From NCBI GenBank assembly GCA_963721805.1, contig CAVRJY010000002.1, positions 352,001-416,000 on the forward strand: a stretch of DNA of 64,000 bases, given 5' to 3'. This DNA is from Nitrospirota bacterium (GTDB taxonomy: Bacteria; Nitrospirota; Thermodesulfovibrionia; Thermodesulfovibrionales; JdFR-86). The notes under the pieces were generated by a model that saw nothing but the letters and a program-made list of their open reading frames with translations, had not been told where the DNA came from and ran no database searches. Positions within the stretch are counted from its first letter, which is position 1, and each line of letters opens with the position of its first letter. Below, piece by piece: positions 59,059 through 64,000 of this stretch. The translations under genes and the position numbers were made by a program.

Positions 59059-59570
59059 TTCGACTTGAACTCCTTCTTCGCCAGCACCAGCGTGCCTATG
59101 ATGGCCACCAGCAGGATCAGCGACGCGACCTCGAAGGGATAGACGTAATCGGTATAGAGCACCAGGCCAATGGCCTTAAGGTGCGTAAGCTCCGTGATCT
59201 TCTGTATGCTGTAGGGGCCCATGTGGCCGATCTCGATGTAGCGGAGGCCACTAAACATGAAGCCCGCAAGCGCGGCTATAAATATGATCGCAGTGGGCCA
59301 CTGGAGCGTGAACTGCCGCGTGGCGGTCTCGTACTTGAGGTTCAGCAAAAGGACGACAAACAGGAACAGCACCAGTATGGCCCCGGCGTAGACGATCATC
59401 TGTATCGCGGCCATGAACTCCGCGTTCAGGAACAGATAAAGCCCCGCGACGTGGAAGAACATCAGGAGCATCAGCAGCACGCTGTGCACCGGGTTTCGCC
59501 GCGTGATGACCAGCACGGAGAGCACCGTGATCATCGACGCGAAGTATATGAAGAACCCCTGCGGGATCAT
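59055..59570 (-). CDS. nuoJ: NADH-quinone oxidoreductase subunit J
   Basis: NPVHS, AEF, YAGAILVLFLF, PFEVASLILL. Confidence 0.94.
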   Translation of the reverse strand: MIPQGFFIYFASMITVLSVLVITRRNPVHSVLLMLLMFFHVAGLYLFLNAEFMAAIQMIVYAGAILVLFLFVVLLLNLKYETATRQFTLQWPTAIIFIAALAGFMFSGLRYIEIGHMGPYSIQKITELTHLKAIGLVLYTDYVYPFEVASLILLVAIIGTLVLAKKEFKSK

Positions 59571-60127
59571 GACTTTCCACCGCCTTTGCGCCTGAAAACC
59601 GGCTGGTCCTCGTGGCCCGCGAAGTCCTCGGCCTTGGGCCGCCAGTATTTCTTGAGGTAATCAATGCCCTTCTCGCCGGGCATGTACTTGTCCCAGTTCG
59701 CGAGCAGACGCTCCTTGTCCATCAGGAGTTCGGCGCGGGTGTATGCGGAATACTCGTAATGCTCGGTGAGCACGATCGCCCCGACAGGGCAGGCCTCGAC
59801 GCACAGCGCGCAGAACAGGCATTTTAAGACCTCTATCTCGTAGCGGTCCAGCACGCGGCCCTCGTCCGGCCCGACGCTCGTGTGCAGGGATATGCACTTA
59901 GAGGGGCATACCGCGACGCACAGCCCGCAGGCGATGCACTTCTCCTTGCCGGTCGATGCGTCCCTGACGAGCGCGTGCAGGCCCCTGAAGCCTTCGGCGA
60001 CCTTCTTGCGCTCCTTGGGGTACTGGATCGTGACAGGCTTTTTAAACAGCATGCGGAGAGTGAGCATCAGCCCCTTGATGAGCTCCATGAAAAACAGCGG
60101 CGGATATGACCTGCGGTTTTCGCTCAT
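59567..60127 (-). CDS. nuoI: NADH-quinone oxidoreductase subunit I
   Basis: TIQYP, FRGLH, CIACGLC, CLFCALCVEACP. Confidence 0.94.
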   Translation of the reverse strand: MSENRRSYPPLFFMELIKGLMLTLRMLFKKPVTIQYPKERKKVAEGFRGLHALVRDASTGKEKCIACGLCVAVCPSKCISLHTSVGPDEGRVLDRYEIEVLKCLFCALCVEACPVGAIVLTEHYEYSAYTRAELLMDKERLLANWDKYMPGEKGIDYLKKYWRPKAEDFAGHEDQPVFRRKGGGKS

Positions 60128-61128
60128 GCGAACATCCTTATGCACGCCGCCAGCACTATGTTGGCGAGCGAAAGCGGGATCAGGACCTTCCAGCCTATCG
60201 CCATGAGCTGGTCATAGCGGTATCTGGGATAGGTCGCGCGCACCCAGTAGTAAACGAAGAAGCAGCCGTAGACCTTCAGGAACAGCCAGATAAACGGCAG
60301 GTAAGGGATCTGGAACGGGCCGAGCCAGCCGCCCAGGAAGCAGATAGAGCCGATAAATGACATGATGATCATGGCCATGTACTCGGCCACGAAGAAAAGC
60401 GAGAACCGCATGCCGCTGTACTCTGTGAAATACCCGGCGACGAGTTCGGTCTCGGCCTCGGGCAGGTCAAACGGCGAGCGGTTCGTCTCGGCCATCGCCG
60501 CCAGTATGAATATGACCATGCCAATTATCTGAGTAGGCAGGAACTTCCAGGGGTAGGGCGACTGGGCGTGCACGATGTCGGTCAGGTTCAGCGAGCTGGA
60601 CATTATCATCACGCTAACGAGGCTCATGCCCATCGCTATCTCGTAGCTGATGATCTGGGCCGAGGCGCGCATGCCGCCCAGGAACGCGAACTTCGAGTTC
60701 GAGGACCAGCCGGACATCACGACGCCGTATGCGCCCATCGAAGAGAGCGCGAGGACGTAGAGTATGCCGATGTTTATGTTCGCGAGCTCGAAGCCGTCGA
60801 AGAACGGGAGCACCGCGAGCGATGATATGCATGCCATGGTAAATATGATAGGCGAGGCGTAGAACACCGCCCTGTCGGCCTGGGCCGGGACGATGTCCTC
60901 TTTGAATATCAGCTTGACGAAGTCCGCAAACGGCTGCAGCGGGCCGGGGCCGACGGCCAACGACGGGCCGAGGCGGGCCTGCATGTGGCCGATCACCTTG
61001 CGCTCGAAATACGTCGCGTAGGCTACGTGCAGCATGATGACCGTAAATATAATGACGAGCTTAAGGAGTATGAACGCAACAGTCCCGGCAAGCCCGTATG
61101 CCGTGAAAAACGCCGCTATCGCCGCCAT
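60124..61128 (-). CDS. nuoH: NADH-quinone oxidoreductase subunit H
   Basis: ERKVIGHMQAR.GP, AETNRSPFDLPEAE, PRYRYDQLM. Confidence 0.96.
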   Translation of the reverse strand: MAAIAAFFTAYGLAGTVAFILLKLVIIFTVIMLHVAYATYFERKVIGHMQARLGPSLAVGPGPLQPFADFVKLIFKEDIVPAQADRAVFYASPIIFTMACISSLAVLPFFDGFELANINIGILYVLALSSMGAYGVVMSGWSSNSKFAFLGGMRASAQIISYEIAMGMSLVSVMIMSSSLNLTDIVHAQSPYPWKFLPTQIIGMVIFILAAMAETNRSPFDLPEAETELVAGYFTEYSGMRFSLFFVAEYMAMIIMSFIGSICFLGGWLGPFQIPYLPFIWLFLKVYGCFFVYYWVRATYPRYRYDQLMAIGWKVLIPLSLANIVLAACIRMFA

Positions 61129-62318
61129 TACCGGTCACACTCCCCGAGCACTATGTCCACGGTCCCGATGTTGGCGATGACGTCCGCGACCATGCCCCCG
61201 ATGCAGAGCTTCGGAAGCGCGGCAATGTGGATGAACGACGGGGAGCGGAAGCGCATCCTGTAGGGCTTGCCCTTGCCGTCGCTTACGAAGTAAAACCCGA
61301 GTTCGCCCTTGGGCGCCTCGATAGGGGTGTAAAGGTCTCCTACCGGTGCGTTGATCGGGCCTTTTATTATCATCACGAAGTGCTGGGCCATCGTCTCCAT
61401 GGACTGAAGCACGGTCTCTTTCTTTGGGAGTACGAACTTCGGCGCGTCCGGCGTGAGGATCGGGCCGCGCGGGAGCCGCTCGATGCACTGGCGGACTATG
61501 TTGTTGGACTGGCGAAACTCAAGCATCCTGCAGCGGTACCGGTCGTAGACGTCGCCTGCGACTCCCAGCGGCACGGTAAACTCGACCTTGTCGTACGCGT
61601 CGTAGGGGAAGGCCTTCCTGACGTCGTAGTTCACCCCCGAACCCCTCAGCACCGCTCCGGTGAGGCCCATGCTGACGGCCTCCTCGGCCGTGATCTTGCC
61701 GATGCCTACGGTGCGCTCGAGCCATATCGGGTTTTGGTCGATCAGGGTCTCGTACTCGAGAATGCGCGCCGGGAACTCATCGGTGAAGGCGTAGGCGCGG
61801 TCGAGGAACTCCTGCGTGACGTCGATCTTCACCCCGCCGATGCGCGGGTACGTGACCGTGAGGCGCGCGCCGCAGAGGATCTCGAAGAGGTCCAGTATCG
61901 TCTCGCGCTCGCGGAAGCAATATAGGAATATCGTCATCGCGCCTATGTCGAGCGCGTGCGTGGCCAGCCACAGAAGGTGGCTGGATATGCGGCTTAACTC
62001 CGAGACCATAGTGCGGATGTACTTCGCGCGCTCCGGGGCCTCGATGCCCAAAAGCCGCTCGACGGCGAGGCAGTACCCCACGTTGTTGGTCATGCTCGAT
62101 ACGTAATCGAGCCTGTCCGTAAGGGGCAGGGCCGAGAGGTAAGTCCTGTTCTCGCCGAGCTTCTCGGTGCCCCTATGCAGGTATCCGACGTGCGGGGTGC
62201 AGCCGACGACTATCTCGCCGTCTATGTCGAGTTCGAGCTTCAGCACCCCGTGCGTTGCCGGGTGCTGCGGGCCCATGAAGATCTTGAGCAGGTGTTTTTG
62301 TTCGTCTACCTGTTCCAC
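61128..62318 (-). CDS. nuoD: NADH-quinone oxidoreductase subunit D
   Basis: [36 protein letters not shown]. Start GTG 62318 after AAGGAG. Confidence 0.95.
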   Translation of the reverse strand: MEQVDEQKHLLKIFMGPQHPATHGVLKLELDIDGEIVVGCTPHVGYLHRGTEKLGENRTYLSALPLTDRLDYVSSMTNNVGYCLAVERLLGIEAPERAKYIRTMVSELSRISSHLLWLATHALDIGAMTIFLYCFRERETILDLFEILCGARLTVTYPRIGGVKIDVTQEFLDRAYAFTDEFPARILEYETLIDQNPIWLERTVGIGKITAEEAVSMGLTGAVLRGSGVNYDVRKAFPYDAYDKVEFTVPLGVAGDVYDRYRCRMLEFRQSNNIVRQCIERLPRGPILTPDAPKFVLPKKETVLQSMETMAQHFVMIIKGPINAPVGDLYTPIEAPKGELGFYFVSDGKGKPYRMRFRSPSFIHIAALPKLCIGGMVADVIANIGTVDIVLGECDR

Positions 62319-62845
62319 CCGAACTCCTTGAGGCGCTCGGATTTCTCGAGCACCTCCTTGTATCCCTTCCATTCGGCCTCCGGGCCGGGGCCCTTCAGCG
62401 GGTAATCTTTCCTTAAGGGGTGGCCTTCCCAGTCGTCCGGCATCAGGACGCGCCGCATGTCCGGGTGGCCGTCGAAGCGGATGCCGAACAGGTCGAAGCA
62501 CTCGCGCTCGTGCCAGTTGGCGCCGGACCATAGCGGGGTCACGCTCTGTATGTGGCAGTCGGCCTCCGGCACGTGCGCCCTGATCCTGATGAAATGGCCG
62601 TACTTGATAGAGTAGAGGTTATAGACGACCTCGAAACGGTCCCCGGCGCGTCCCATGTAGTCGACGCCGCAGAGGTCGTTGAGGTGGTCAAATTGCAGAT
62701 CTTCGGTCTGCTTGAGGAATCTCAGGATCTGCGCTATCTTGCCGCGGCGCACAGAGACGGAAACCTGCCCGTGGTGGTCAGTGATCTCGAGGACCTCCTC
62801 CGGGAAGTGGCCGCTTATGCGCTGGGCTATCTGAAGCGGCTCCAC
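62306..62845 (-). CDS. nuoC: NADH-quinone oxidoreductase subunit C
   Basis: [28 protein letters not shown]. Confidence 0.95.
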   Translation of the reverse strand: MEPLQIAQRISGHFPEEVLEITDHHGQVSVSVRRGKIAQILRFLKQTEDLQFDHLNDLCGVDYMGRAGDRFEVVYNLYSIKYGHFIRIRAHVPEADCHIQSVTPLWSGANWHERECFDLFGIRFDGHPDMRRVLMPDDWEGHPLRKDYPLKGPGPEAEWKGYKEVLEKSERLKEFGWNR

Positions 62846-63336
62846 CTGTATGACTCCTTATTGATCTTGTCTTGGAGCTTCATGATGCCCTCAAGGAGGG
62901 CCTCGGGCCTCGGCGGGCAGCCGGGGATATAGACGTCCACCGGCAGGAACTGGTCGACGCCCTGCACGGTGCTGTATGTGTTGTAAACGTTGCCGGTGCA
63001 GGCGCAGCTGCCCATCGCTATGACGTAGCGGGGCTCGGGCATCTGGTCATAGACGGTGCGGACGACCGGGGCCATCTTCTTGGTCACGGTGCCGGCGATG
63101 ATGATAACGTCGCTCTGGCGCGGGGAGGCGCGGAAGATGATCCCGAAGCGGTCCAGGTCGAAGTGCGCCGCGCCCGCGGCCATCATCTCGATGGCGCAGC
63201 ACGCAAGCCCGAACGTCATCGGCCACATCGAGCCGGTCCTGCCCCAGTTGACGATCTTGTCGACCGCGCCGATTATCACCGGCGTCCCCGGGATTACCTT
63301 TACTCCGGGCTCGACCTCTACGAGGGTGGATATCAT
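62827..63336 (-). CDS. nuoB: NADH-quinone oxidoreductase subunit B
   Basis: [25 protein letters not shown]. Start ATG 63336. Confidence 0.96.
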   Translation of the reverse strand: MISTLVEVEPGVKVIPGTPVIIGAVDKIVNWGRTGSMWPMTFGLACCAIEMMAAGAAHFDLDRFGIIFRASPRQSDVIIIAGTVTKKMAPVVRTVYDQMPEPRYVIAMGSCACTGNVYNTYSTVQGVDQFLPVDVYIPGCPPRPEALLEGIMKLQDKINKESYRWSRFR

Positions 63337-63337
63337 A

Positions 63338-63712
63338 TTACTTGCTCCATACGAAGGCGTCCTTCTTCCATGCGTAGACGTATCCGACAAGCAGTATCAC
63401 TATAAAGAGGATCATCTCGACGAAGGCGTACATCCCTATGCGGTCCATCACCACGGCCCAGGGATAGAGGAATACGGCTTCCACGTCGAACACCACGAAG
63501 AGCATCGCGACCACGTAAAACCCTATGGAGAACCTCATGCGCGGCTCGCCCACCGGGGGGTTGCCTGATTCGTAAGGGGTGAGCTTCTCGGGATACGGCC
63601 GCCGCGGCCTCACGAACCAGCTCAGCGCCAGCGAGCCCAAACCGAAGCAGAGCCCCACGATCATGAAGATCAGGATGGGGAGATACCCGCTTGGTATGTA
63701 TGTACCCGGCAT
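63338..63712 (-). CDS. nuoA: NADH-quinone oxidoreductase subunit A
   Basis: [17 protein letters not shown]. Confidence 0.95.
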   Translation of the reverse strand: MPGTYIPSGYLPILIFMIVGLCFGLGSLALSWFVRPRRPYPEKLTPYESGNPPVGEPRMRFSIGFYVVAMLFVVFDVEAVFLYPWAVVMDRIGMYAFVEMILFIVILLVGYVYAWKKDAFVWSK

Positions 63713-63719
63713 GCTCAGT

Positions 63720-63749
63720 AATATACGGCATAGTACGTGCGGCTGTCAA
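63720..63749 (-). promoter_or_regulatory. sigma70-type promoter of the nuo operon (probably leaderless nuoA)
   Basis: TTGACA-18 nt-TATATT, with the ATG 7 nt downstream. Confidence 0.55.
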
Positions 63750-63865
63750 CGAAATTTTATTATCCTATGAAAATAATTAATCAATAGCCTATTTGGTAAT
63801 TCGCGATTGACTTTCAATTAAGGATAAATGTAAATTTTTTCCATGCCCGCGGAGGTGCCTAAGCC

Positions 63866-64000
63866 ATGAAAGTCGCGATGTACTATTCAAACGATGACGT
63901 GCGGCTGCAAGATGCCCCGATGCCGGTGATCGGGCCGGGCGAGGCCCTCGTGCGCATACACTCAAGCGGGATCTGCGGAAGCGACGTGATGCAGTGGTAC
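63866..64000 (+). CDS. Zinc-dependent (MDR family) alcohol/polyol dehydrogenase, 3'-truncated by the window edge
   Basis: MKVAMYYSNDDVRLQDAPMPVIGPGEALVRIHSSGICGSDV, with SD GGAGG. Confidence 0.8.
   Translation, partial: MKVAMYYSNDDVRLQDAPMPVIGPGEALVRIHSSGICGSDVMQWY

Overview
This is a GC-rich bacterial chromosome segment from a diderm organism, probably anaerobic or microaerophilic. Gene content suggests Nitrospirota or a delta-proteobacteria-like lineage, but that is inference. Most of it is housekeeping and energy metabolism: a NuoE/F/G-like soluble flavo-Fe-S module, an HK plus REC-PAS-GGDEF pair, mutL and argH (each broken by a +1 frameshift), hypAB, aconitase, a selenocysteine formate dehydrogenase (in-frame TGA plus SECIS), clpC, a gnnAB-lpxB-msbA-waaA-lpxK lipid A cluster, rplU-rpmA-obgE-proB, a large repeat-rich M6 protease, ilvE, an MCP, bioF, htrA, yacL-ispDF and a nuoABCDHIJKLM operon with no nuoEFG or nuoN. 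The most striking signal is non-coding. There are seven copies of a ~123-bp structured hairpin with covarying stems and conserved internal loops, six of them with a (GCCG)TTGACC motif 27-48 nt away. Five copies sit in one fixed orientation right behind stop codons. Two inverted pairs bound homologous ~0.76-0.79-kb composite elements with a shared internal core. Two direct copies bracket a single SRPBCC gene like a cassette. Two apparently identical IS30 elements have each inserted at the same position of this hairpin. An IS481 element sits in a 14-bp-period palindrome array inside the second composite element.
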